A stretch of DNA of 41,267 bases from positions 1 to 41,267 of the forward strand of contig JAGVWA010000013.1 of assembly GCA_018304505.1 (NCBI GenBank), in the 5' to 3' direction. The position numbers were made by a program, and so were the translations under genes. Origin of the DNA: Nanobdellati archaeon (lineage in GTDB: Archaea; B1Sed10-29; JAGVWA01). Of this stretch, positions 19,201-27,350 are shown one piece after another. Below the pieces are notes generated by a model. That model was given only the letters and a program-made list of their open reading frames with translations, was not told where the DNA came from and searched no databases. The first letter of the stretch is position 1. Every line of letters starts with the position of its first letter.

Positions 19201-22200
19201 ACACTAACAACCGAACAAAGTGTGACAGTGACAGTAAACCCTGTAAACGACGCGCCAACAATCCAAACAATACCAGACCAAACCACGACAGAAGACAACG
19301 CACTAATAATACCAATAACAATAAACGACGTTGACAACGCCGCAACAGAGTTGGCAGTAGTCACTAACAGCACATTTGAAATATCTGCATCAACAACGCA
19401 AATAGAATTGCTGTACACCGAAGGGGTACTAAGCGACTCAGTACTAGTAACAGTCACTGACGGTATCAACGTTTCCTCAACAACATTCAGTGTTATAGTA
19501 ACTCCAGTAAACGATGCTCCAGTAATTAATCTTGCAGGCTCTACCATACCCCTAACTGGCCAACAAGGCCAAACAATCGAACTCAGGATAAAAGCAACAG
19601 ACGTAGACAGCACAACATTGACGCCAAAACAAATTGGAAAATTCGTGTACAAACCCGAAATCATAGACACTGACGGTCGCTTCGTGTTCCACCACTACAT
19701 AAGCCAAGCAGATGACGCCCTTGGAACGCTCACAGACACCATAACGATTGAAGACAATAATGGCGGGGCAGTAAGTGAAACAATATCAATACCCCTTACA
19801 GGGGTCAACTTCGCCCCAGTACTAACCCCCATAGGCAACCAGGAAACTGATGAGGACACACCATTAACACTAACCTTAACGGCAACCGACGCTGATGATG
19901 ACGAATTAACATTCTCAGCAACAAGCTCAGCCAACCTGGCCGCGGAAATAACGGGCTCAACAGCAACAGTCACGCCTGCACAAAACTTCAACGGCGCAGA
20001 AAACATAACAATCTCCGTAACAGACAACACAATAACAATAAACCAAACAGTCCTAGTAACAGTAAAACCAGTAAACGACGCACCAACAGTAAGTTCAATA
20101 CAAGCCATCACATTCCCAGAAGACACCACATACACAGCACTAAACCTGGATGACTTTGTCACAGACATCGAAAGCCCAGACGCACAAATAACCTGGACAA
20201 ACTCAGGAGAAGCCAACATAACCATAATCATCGACCCCGCAGGACACAACGTATCACTAACACCAAACGCTAACTTCAACGGAATCGAAACAATAACATT
20301 CACAGCAACAGACCAAGGCGGAGAAAGCGACTCCACAACAGTAACTGTAACAATAACACCAGTCAACGACGCGCCGGTAATAAGTAATATAATAGGGGAA
20401 ACAAACGTAAATGAAGACACAACATACTACTATGAAATAATAGCAACAGACGAAGACAACACAACAACAGAACTAACATACACAAGCAACGACACAAGAT
20501 TCACAGAAAACACAAAAGGAAACTTCACATTCACGCCAACACAACAAGACACAGGAGGACCAATTAATGTTAAATTCACAGTAACTGACGGAAGCTTACA
20601 AGCAGAACAAACACTAACCCTCACAGCAAACAACATCAACGACGCACCCACCATCCAAACAATACCAGACCAAACAGCCACAGAAGACAACCCACTCATA
20701 ATACCAATAACAATAAACGATGCAGACAACGCCACAACAGAACTAACCATAACAACAAACAGCCAATACGAACAAAACACAAACACAACACACATCGAAC
20801 TACTCTACCCCAATGGCGTAACGAGCGATACCATAACAGTAACAGTAAGCGACGGCCAACTAAACAACACAACAACATTCCAAATAACAATAAACCCAAT
20901 AAACGACGCACCCACCATCCAAACAATACCAACACAACTCGCAACAGAAAATGAAACACTAACAATCCCCATAACAATAAACGACGTTGACAACGCCGCA
21001 ACAGAACTAACAGTAACAACAGACAGCACCTACACGCAATCAGTCAACACAACGCATATAACGTTGCTGTACGACAACACGTTCACAGCGACATACGAAG
21101 AAATCACAGTCATGGTAAGCGACGGCACAGACTCAGCAACAACGTCTTTCATTGTAAACGTCGGCGCAGTCAATGACGCACCCATAATCAGAAACATAAT
21201 CGGGCCAGCAACCATCTATGAATACCAGGAATACAATTACACAGTAAACGTTACTGATCCGGACAATCCCTCAAATGACCTTAACTATTCAGCAGAGTAT
21301 ATCCTAACCGAAACCTACGAATACGCAGACGGAACCGTTGAGTCCTATGCCCTTTGGCCAACATATGCCCTCGATGAAGTGCCAGGGCAGAAAGGCATGT
21401 TCACGCTTGAATACTGGATGGCCTTACCCACATCGTCTGTCTACGTGCCAGAGTCTGTCCTAGGGATAAACGCAATGGTAAACCTGACTTCGCAGATAGT
21501 GTTCACTGTAACTGACGGCGAATTCACCATCACATACCCCTTCGATTTGGCGACAAACGACGTGCCTGAATTGCCATGGGCAGTATCAACGGCTGAGTTA
21601 AGCAATTCTACAGTCACCTTCCAAACTTCCATCGACAGCATCATTGACATACAGGAAGATGAGGCATACACAATAATGCTCACGGTGCAAGACCCTGACA
21701 TTCCAAACTCCGTGAACTTCACGTTGAATGACTCGCGCTTCACCCTGGTAAACGAGGTCTACCTGTTAGGCTTCTCAAACTTCATACCACAAAACACCAA
21801 GACTTACAGCTTCACGTTCACACAATCAGGAACACAGAACGTTCTAATGAATGTAACAGACACACAAGGAAATTCAGTAGAGTACACCATCGTGTTCAAC
21901 GTACTTGGCATCAATGACGCGCCAGTTATAACCAACGTGCTTGGAAACACCACCTTTGACGTAGGATTCTTGTCAGCATTCCAGGTAATAGCAACTGACG
22001 AAGAAAACAACGCATTGACGTACAGCGCGACATCTGTACCTGGGATAGCAATAACACAGGCAAGCAGCAGTAACAACACGATCATGCTAAACGCAAGCCC
22101 GAGCCTCGCTGGACAGCAGGCAAACGTTACATTTAGCGTGTCAGATGGCACAAACACAACAAACACAATGGTAACAATGACCATGACACAAAGAGACACA

Positions 22201-23424
22201 ACACCTGTGATCACAAGCCAGTCATTGACCTCGGCTGGGCAAGACACGGCAGTGAACTACCAAGTGACAGCAACTGATGAGAACTACTTCGAAACATTGA
22301 CGTATGCAGTGAACGACTCGCGCCTGTCCATTAACCCAAGCACCGGCACCATATCATGGACACCAAATGCACAAGATGTGCTGGATTCGCCGATATCGAT
22401 TCTGTTCAGCATCACCGATGAGCAAAGTCACACCGTGTCTCAAGTGTCAACAGTCACCGTCTACGACGTCGACCTACCTCCAGAGATATACGACGCGCCA
22501 CTCGTAAACGCCAGCAACGGAGTTACCTGGGCCTACCAAGCAAACGCGACAGAGCCCAACAACCAGCAAATAACGTATACCGTGAACGACACTGAATTCG
22601 CGGTCAATGCCTCAGGATACATAACGTGGTCACCGCAGTTGATTCCGCCAGCGATCCTGAACAGAACCATATTAATTACAGCTACGAGCGGCTCAGGCCA
22701 ACAGGCCCAGTCGGCAACCAAGACATTAGTTATACCAATTACACCAACCATCGTCAATGAACTGGCGCTCAGTAATGTCACTGCAACGCCGACAAACATA
22801 ATCACGGGCGACTCAATCGCCATCAACGGGCGCATAGCAAACATGGGAAACACGATGCAAAACGTGCTCTACACAATACGAATTACGGACAACGGCACAG
22901 TGACTGAAAACAACTACACATTAAGCAACGTGGACCTACAAGAAACAAGATCAATAGCCTACACGTACACTACAACAACAGAAGGCTCGATAAAAATAGA
23001 AATCTTAGTGCCACTCCTCAGCAACGAAGTCAACACTACAAACAATGACGCGACAAAATACGTAACAGTAACGAGCCCCGCAGAAACAGTATTCCTAAAT
23101 GGATTGACGTTTACGCTAACCCAGGGCGTTGTAACACAGGTCAACCAAGGCAGTGAGTTCTACATTGACCTTACAGTGTCAAATACAGACACGGTTGACC
23201 AGAACATTGCGTGGATCAACATCACATCGCCAACAGGCTTAACTTTAAACACCTCTGGAGGCCTTGGAACGCAAACCAGCAATTCAGCAACCAACGTTAA
23301 CGTTCAGGCAGACTCAAACACACACATATACTGGAGAATCGAAACACCACAAGCAGGTAACTACGACATCCCAATACAAGGCGAAAAGGGCTCCACGATA
23401 ACTGTGCCAATACTGGTTGTATAA
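16264..23424 (+). CDS. Giant (2386 aa) secreted adhesin with tandem cadherin-like/Ig-like repeats and a C-terminal CARDB-like domain
   Basis: Signal peptide; ~16 (V/I)NDAP-like linkers followed by ED and DxD motifs at ~90-100 aa spacing; IANMG...NEVNTTNN near the C-terminus; no TM anchor. Confidence 0.9.
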   Translation: MFSKKISTLIIVMLLFNATIGYAAALDSVTAFGKATGGFLKKTGNALDKYAAEPLKDVGGAAIAASSSAKNNVVSKIVKSSAVGKITSSTKTIGKEIKNSITDTIKKPLPNIDTSSLSKLSPIGSTKAQSTITTAPNASKLYGPTKPTMGTPMAVIDAYLCGSADGGFVEGSKNISLTNGKTYRICVVYRDNNGLPILRMDAKLNASLFGEIKYLKNHDGIFEFEFTPNQIGTVSATFTLIGDTWPKPKAVQGTYTTDLVISEINKLYSPYIHAIKDITTKSGAGQTINLKDYVVDPDTSLDDLQFTVSSPRDLNVTLNNENKVLTIKILPRTTDGVRWVPLTVTDPEGNSGTRTIKVNIKNTVKADKWWGEFLGGSKNSIQNVGLCADPNAKDDDGRITVFDNQVYEVCLYFKEDDDWKKTLWQDGEYTDYQHGTLKMKKRTGSTFKFEWTPTAIETTQEFVDVTFKINYKTKGLIFKSPTFTKEYTQRFVIKHANRLAIEPFPIQLYAGSGANSISLDSLLPEQTRAQITAYPTGVLQWEVESDNENVDAKIENDALIITPRSGFSGPVTLNLTVKDGYGASVTSQLSYDVTSVNDAPEIAKKTIPLNGQKGSPLEVVIELDDKDSSSWTAGGNLFQQKSITDKVITLQYSPTDADVQAGRITDTITITDDNGASITVDVSIQIEDVQIDDITDDVPPVDEITPTGTQNLAPVFNSIADQTTDEDTPLMITLIATDAENDTIIFTAASVNNVVATIENNQLTITPTTNWHGVVPVQINASDGEQTTTQMIAVTIAPINDNPIIDITPSVIPTDIAHISTPIQLKLKITDIDGTITTVRGNRFIYQGTQDDIYTLQYYPMQQDQDRGNITDTITAIDNDGGTATLQVKFNVYQPPANQAPVINSISEAFSELDTITMYEDTPFSGTINATDADNDQLTYSGTGSINLQVSVNTDGAYTITPAQDFNGTESITLQASDGTLTTEQSVTVTVNPVNDAPTIQTIPDQTTTEDNALIIPITINDVDNAATELAVVTNSTFEISASTTQIELLYTEGVLSDSVLVTVTDGINVSSTTFSVIVTPVNDAPVINLAGSTIPLTGQQGQTIELRIKATDVDSTTLTPKQIGKFVYKPEIIDTDGRFVFHHYISQADDALGTLTDTITIEDNNGGAVSETISIPLTGVNFAPVLTPIGNQETDEDTPLTLTLTATDADDDELTFSATSSANLAAEITGSTATVTPAQNFNGAENITISVTDNTITINQTVLVTVKPVNDAPTVSSIQAITFPEDTTYTALNLDDFVTDIESPDAQITWTNSGEANITIIIDPAGHNVSLTPNANFNGIETITFTATDQGGESDSTTVTVTITPVNDAPVISNIIGETNVNEDTTYYYEIIATDEDNTTTELTYTSNDTRFTENTKGNFTFTPTQQDTGGPINVKFTVTDGSLQAEQTLTLTANNINDAPTIQTIPDQTATEDNPLIIPITINDADNATTELTITTNSQYEQNTNTTHIELLYPNGVTSDTITVTVSDGQLNNTTTFQITINPINDAPTIQTIPTQLATENETLTIPITINDVDNAATELTVTTDSTYTQSVNTTHITLLYDNTFTATYEEITVMVSDGTDSATTSFIVNVGAVNDAPIIRNIIGPATIYEYQEYNYTVNVTDPDNPSNDLNYSAEYILTETYEYADGTVESYALWPTYALDEVPGQKGMFTLEYWMALPTSSVYVPESVLGINAMVNLTSQIVFTVTDGEFTITYPFDLATNDVPELPWAVSTAELSNSTVTFQTSIDSIIDIQEDEAYTIMLTVQDPDIPNSVNFTLNDSRFTLVNEVYLLGFSNFIPQNTKTYSFTFTQSGTQNVLMNVTDTQGNSVEYTIVFNVLGINDAPVITNVLGNTTFDVGFLSAFQVIATDEENNALTYSATSVPGIAITQASSSNNTIMLNASPSLAGQQANVTFSVSDGTNTTNTMVTMTMTQRDTTPVITSQSLTSAGQDTAVNYQVTATDENYFETLTYAVNDSRLSINPSTGTISWTPNAQDVLDSPISILFSITDEQSHTVSQVSTVTVYDVDLPPEIYDAPLVNASNGVTWAYQANATEPNNQQITYTVNDTEFAVNASGYITWSPQLIPPAILNRTILITATSGSGQQAQSATKTLVIPITPTIVNELALSNVTATPTNIITGDSIAINGRIANMGNTMQNVLYTIRITDNGTVTENNYTLSNVDLQETRSIAYTYTTTTEGSIKIEILVPLLSNEVNTTNNDATKYVTVTSPAETVFLNGLTFTLTQGVVTQVNQGSEFYIDLTVSNTDTVDQNIAWINITSPTGLTLNTSGGLGTQTSNSATNVNVQADSNTHIYWRIETPQAGNYDIPIQGEKGSTITVPILVV
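19243..21020 (+). repeat. Three closely related DNA copies of one cadherin-like module start (~19243, ~20635, ~20899)
   Basis: aacgacgc.cc.ac.atccaaacaatacca...ataacaataaacga.g..gacaacgcc.caacaga in all three. Confidence 0.85.
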
Positions 23425-23450
23425 ATACCACGTATTACCTAATTTTCCAA

Positions 23451-23837
23451 ATGGCACGAACACATGCAGCCCAAACAGAACGAACACACGCAACCAAAAC
23501 ACACAACCTGGGCTCATACGAAACACTCACTAGCGCAATAGCGAAGGCTCGCGGGCTGATGTTCAGGAAGCGCATTGACAAGCCCCTGCTATTTATATTA
23601 AATTCCGAATCGCGCATAGCAGGCTCAATCCACTCATTCTTCGTGTTCATGCGCTTCGACGCCATCTACCTCGACAGCAAGGGAACTATTGTAGACCTGA
23701 TCCCGAACATACATCCTTTTACGCCCCTGATTGTTCCAAAAAAACCAGCTAAGTACCTCATTGAAGCGCGGTCAGGCACAATAACAGCTCACAAACTGCG
23801 CCTGAATGACAAGGTAAAGCCACCCATAAAGAAATAA
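23451..23837 (+). CDS. DUF192-family protein
   Basis: KARGLMFR, LLF, IHSFFVFMRFDAIYLD..G.IVD, P...A.YLIE. Confidence 0.85.
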   Translation: MARTHAAQTERTHATKTHNLGSYETLTSAIAKARGLMFRKRIDKPLLFILNSESRIAGSIHSFFVFMRFDAIYLDSKGTIVDLIPNIHPFTPLIVPKKPAKYLIEARSGTITAHKLRLNDKVKPPIKK

Positions 23838-23862
23838 AAACCACAAACACCACAAATAAGGC

Positions 23863-24426
23863 ATGGCAAAAGGGAAAACGCACGCATTTGGCGGGAAGGT
23901 CTTTTCGGAAATACCAGCAGAGATACTCAACAAGCTCGGGGTCAAGGCAGGCGACACAATCGAATTCCTCAACCCCTACGGCAACCTTGTTCTATTAAAG
24001 CCGAACAGCAATCAGGTAGTAGAAGCACAGCAACAAACGCATGCTCAGATAACAGAGCCAGAAATCGTGACGCCAAAAAGCAAAACGAGCGCACCATCGA
24101 AGGGCATCTCGGTTTTGGCAAAGGGCTACGCTGTGGTTGAAGACCACACTGAAGTCCAGAATCTGACAAGCCAACTAAAAATGCAAAACAAAGACCAAGA
24201 CGTTATCGGCGTCAGGGGTTTTGACAAGAGATACTACATAATATCCAAAGAAAAACTAAGGGACACTGAAAGCGCGATTTCTAAAATCATGGACAGTGAA
24301 AAGAACTTCTCAGAGCTCCTCAATTCATCCGGGCTTGAAGAGGACCTCCTGCGGACAGCCATCGAAGTAATGCGAGAAGAAGGCTCAGTAATCGAGAAAA
24401 GAAAAAACGTGTATGTGATGGCTTAA
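23863..24426 (+). CDS. AbrB/MazE/SpoVT-like N-terminal domain plus probable C-terminal winged helix
   Basis: IPAEILNKLGVKAGDTIEF; C-terminal FSELLNSSGLEEDLLRTAIEVMREEGSVIEKRKNVYV. Confidence 0.65.
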   Translation: MAKGKTHAFGGKVFSEIPAEILNKLGVKAGDTIEFLNPYGNLVLLKPNSNQVVEAQQQTHAQITEPEIVTPKSKTSAPSKGISVLAKGYAVVEDHTEVQNLTSQLKMQNKDQDVIGVRGFDKRYYIISKEKLRDTESAISKIMDSEKNFSELLNSSGLEEDLLRTAIEVMREEGSVIEKRKNVYVMA

Positions 24427-24776
24427 TGACAAATGTGCTAGTACCGATAATTACTGGACTGGAAGCAGACCAGGCATTCATCGACAAGCTGAAAGAATAC
24501 GACAAAATCGTGCTGCTGTTCGTGGCAGACTCCAACGATAACATAAAAACGGGCTCCATTGGCGCCAGGATAAAAAAAGCCGAAGCGACAATTGAGGGTA
24601 TGAAAAAGAAACTCAAAACCAAGAACGTAGTCGACTATTTGGAGTGGGGCTCGTGGGAAGACAAGGCCAGAAACATTTTCAAAAAAGATGAATGCAAGGA
24701 CATTATTGTCAGGGACAAGCGCGCATCTAAGTTGTTTGAGGACATCAAGAAAGCCAACGTTTATGTATATTCATAA
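24426..24776 (+). CDS. Hypothetical protein, universal-stress-protein-like
   Basis: NVLVPI start, IVLLFVAD, EWGSWEDK...CKDIIV pattern; TAATG coupling to the upstream gene. Confidence 0.5.
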   Translation: MTNVLVPIITGLEADQAFIDKLKEYDKIVLLFVADSNDNIKTGSIGARIKKAEATIEGMKKKLKTKNVVDYLEWGSWEDKARNIFKKDECKDIIVRDKRASKLFEDIKKANVYVYS

Positions 24777-24782
24777 CCAAAG

Positions 24783-24817
24783 ATTACTGAATATTACTGA
24801 ATATTACTGAATATTAC
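24783..24817. repeat. 10-bp tandem repeat (attactgaat) x3.5 between convergent genes
   Basis: attactgaat attactgaat attactgaat attac. Confidence 0.95.
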
Positions 24818-24825
24818 ATGCCCGC

Positions 24826-25923
24826 TCACAGGCCCATAATTTCCCTGGCTTTGCCTTCGACTTTTTTGCGTTGCTTATGGTGCTTTGTAATGATCTGCAC
24901 GAGCTTGTCAGCATTGAGCTGTTTACATTCGCCGCATAAGCGCTGGCCTGACTTGCATTTCTCAAAAATGTCCTTGACAAATTCATCATCCTCGACGTGA
25001 AACTTTGCCAGGTGATAAACGTTGCATATCTCAGCCCTGCCACCGAGTTTTCTTTGTTCTGCTTCAGTGTCCCTACCCCCAGTCACGGCCTTTTTGACCT
25101 TTTTGTCAACAACCTCTGGCTCATCAGAGAGGAAAATCGCAGAGTACGGATCAGACGAACTCATTTTGCCTCCTTCCTTCAAGCCCCCCTGATGCTGGAC
25201 GTATATTGATGAGGGTGCAAACAAATTGTACGGCAATTTATGGGCCAGGTCCCTTGCCAGGCGCATGTGCGGGTCCTGCTCAAGACCAATGGGGGTAATG
25301 CTGGGCATCCTGCCTTCAAACTCAGGCAACTGGCCATGGAGTATGTCCGCCATTTGCAGAATAACTGCGCTCACCTTGCCGAGGTCAAGACTCCCATAGA
25401 TGGCCCGATATGTGTTTTCCGTAATGCGCTTCGACAATTCAAAGGTAAGCTCATAATACCTTGGCAGGTAGTTGCTCTGCACGTAAACATCTTTTGGCGA
25501 CAAACCAAGAGCCAGGGCATCAGTGAGGTTGTCAAGTCCAAATTGCTTGGCCTGCACCATGCTGCCAACCTTTATGTCAGGCCTGCTCGTATACCCATCA
25601 ATGTCTGCGATGCCAAAGTAATTTTTGGCGCCGTGCTGCTTGAACACCTTGAACAAGTCGATGGCGGCCTTGTGGCCCAAATGCAGCTTACCCGAACTTG
25701 CGACGGCCGTCATGTTAATAAAGTCCCCACCTTTCTCGATTCTGTCAAATATCTTGTCAAAATCACGATGCGCAATGATGATGCCCCTCTTGAACAAATA
25801 ATGGTCTATCGGAAACTCATCGTTCTTGAAGTGCTTGATGCCGAATTCCCTGAACAGGTGGCCATAATCACTTTCCTTGATCTCTGCGCTGCTCCATGGA
25901 TCAAGCCCAATGTTGTCTCCCAT
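24826..25923 (-). CDS. trpS: Tryptophan--tRNA ligase (archaeal type)
   Basis: HRDF, SGKLHLGH (HIGH), QMADIL, GLEQDPHMRLARD, KMSSS, AVTGGR...QRKLGG, C...CKSG..LCGECK. Confidence 0.96.
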   Translation of the reverse strand: MGDNIGLDPWSSAEIKESDYGHLFREFGIKHFKNDEFPIDHYLFKRGIIIAHRDFDKIFDRIEKGGDFINMTAVASSGKLHLGHKAAIDLFKVFKQHGAKNYFGIADIDGYTSRPDIKVGSMVQAKQFGLDNLTDALALGLSPKDVYVQSNYLPRYYELTFELSKRITENTYRAIYGSLDLGKVSAVILQMADILHGQLPEFEGRMPSITPIGLEQDPHMRLARDLAHKLPYNLFAPSSIYVQHQGGLKEGGKMSSSDPYSAIFLSDEPEVVDKKVKKAVTGGRDTEAEQRKLGGRAEICNVYHLAKFHVEDDEFVKDIFEKCKSGQRLCGECKQLNADKLVQIITKHHKQRKKVEGKAREIMGL

Positions 25924-26022
25924 GCCTTAAATTAATGAAAAGTTGTATAAAAACAACCCCTATCAGAGAATGTTTATAAATGATTAACCCTGGAATTTAC
26001 ATACTATTAAAGAGGTGACAAC
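25924..26022. promoter_or_regulatory. Divergent archaeal promoters for trpS (leaderless) and endA (SD-led)
   Basis: Minus-strand TTTATA ~28 nt before the trpS ATG; plus-strand TTTATAAA at 25973; GAGGTGA at 26012-26018. Confidence 0.65.
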
Positions 26023-26538
26023 ATGGCTGTATTAATGACAGACAGAGTAATGGTATCAGAACCGCCAGAACTCGTGGACGAACTTAGCCAAAAAGGCCTC
26101 GGCGAGCGCCAAGGAACAACGCTGTTGCTTGCGCCCGAGGAAGCCTTATACCTGAAGGAGAAGCGAAAGGAGTTCAACATCGAGAATAGCAAAGGCAAAA
26201 GCCAGGGCTACGACGACTTGCTGAAGACCTTCATGAAAACAGACAAGAACTTCGGCAACAAGTACATCGTCTTCAGGGACTTGAAAGACCGGGGCTTCGT
26301 GGCAAAGACCGGCTTCAAATACGGCTCGGACTACCGAATCTATTCACGGGGGGACAAACCAGGCAAGGGGCATGCGATTTGGCTTGTGCAAGTGCGTCCT
26401 GAAGAGAGCAAGTGCGATTTCTCGTTAGTGAGCCGCTCAGTCAGGCTTGCCCAGAACGTCAGAAAGAAAATGATCTACGCCCTGCTTGACAAGGAAGGAG
26501 ACATATCGTACTATAAGTTCGAGTGGTTCAAGCCGTGA
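26023..26538 (+). CDS. endA: tRNA-intron (splicing) endonuclease, single catalytic unit
   Basis: EEALYL, Y.VFRDLKDRG, KTGFKYGSDYRIY, GHA, RLAQNVRKK (Tyr-His-Lys triad); 171 aa. Confidence 0.95.
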   Translation: MAVLMTDRVMVSEPPELVDELSQKGLGERQGTTLLLAPEEALYLKEKRKEFNIENSKGKSQGYDDLLKTFMKTDKNFGNKYIVFRDLKDRGFVAKTGFKYGSDYRIYSRGDKPGKGHAIWLVQVRPEESKCDFSLVSRSVRLAQNVRKKMIYALLDKEGDISYYKFEWFKP

Positions 26539-26542
26539 TCAA

Positions 26543-27286
26543 ATGCTAAAACTAATCGGCCTCGGCCTAGAAATGCAAGACCTGTCTATCAAGGCGGTGC
26601 AGGAGATCATCACTTCACAGCGCCTTTTCCTGGAAGAGTACACCAGCCACGGCATCAACAAGCAGGAACTAGAATTATTCTTCAACCGCTTGATCGAGTC
26701 CGCTGACCGCGATTTCGTCGAATCTGGAAAAATCCTCGATAACGCCAAAGATGAGGATGTTGCATTGCTTATTCTAGGAGACCCATTGATCGCGACGACG
26801 CACACTGATTTACTGCTTAGGTGCAAGGAACACGGAATCCGAGCAAAGGTGGTGCACAACAACTCAATCTACAACTCCATCACAGACACAGGCCTACAAA
26901 TTTACAAATTCGGAAAAACAACAACCATCCCATATTGGGAAACCAATTACGAGCCGACGAGCTTCTTGGACGTGATTGAGCAGAACCATGGCATTGAGGC
27001 CCACACCTTGTGCCTGCTCGACATCAAGAAAGACCAAGATAAGTATATGCAACCACAGGACGCCATCGCAGTGCTCGAAAACGCCCAGCAAAAAACTGGA
27101 AAAAATATTTTTGACGACAAAACAAAAATCATCGTCTGCTCGCGCATGGGCACTGAAGATCAGTCAATCAAGTATCTGAGCATCAAAGACGCTAAGAAAA
27201 CTGACTTTGGAGGTCCGCTACATATGCTGATTTTCCCGGCAACGCTGCACGAAATGGAACTGGAATTCTTAACCCAATTTAGTTGA
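26543..27286 (+). CDS. dph5: Diphthine synthase
   Basis: MLKLIGLGL, LEEYTS, ADR..VE, GDPLIATTH.DL, GLQIYKFGKTTTIP, HTLCLLDI, DFGGPLH, LHEME; ATG 26543. Confidence 0.96.
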   Translation: MLKLIGLGLEMQDLSIKAVQEIITSQRLFLEEYTSHGINKQELELFFNRLIESADRDFVESGKILDNAKDEDVALLILGDPLIATTHTDLLLRCKEHGIRAKVVHNNSIYNSITDTGLQIYKFGKTTTIPYWETNYEPTSFLDVIEQNHGIEAHTLCLLDIKKDQDKYMQPQDAIAVLENAQQKTGKNIFDDKTKIIVCSRMGTEDQSIKYLSIKDAKKTDFGGPLHMLIFPATLHEMELEFLTQFS

Positions 27287-27350
27287 AACCAGTGTAAACT
27301 GGATAACGTTGCAAAATTCTTTTATATTCTGCTTGTGGAAAGAATAAGCG

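Noticed and set aside
18957-22247. Long Val/Ser- or Leu/Cys-rich minus-strand ORFs inside the adhesin (also 38904-39996)
   Set aside because: Antisense shadows caused by the A/C-skewed repetitive coding strand.
23457-23504. 24-bp imperfect duplication at the DUF192 N-terminus (RTHAAQTE/RTHATKTH)
   Set aside because: Short, degenerate, in an A/C-rich low-complexity stretch, with no functional indication.
25240-25935. 231-aa ORF antisense to trpS
   Set aside because: Shadow of a well-conserved gene with no recognisable motifs.
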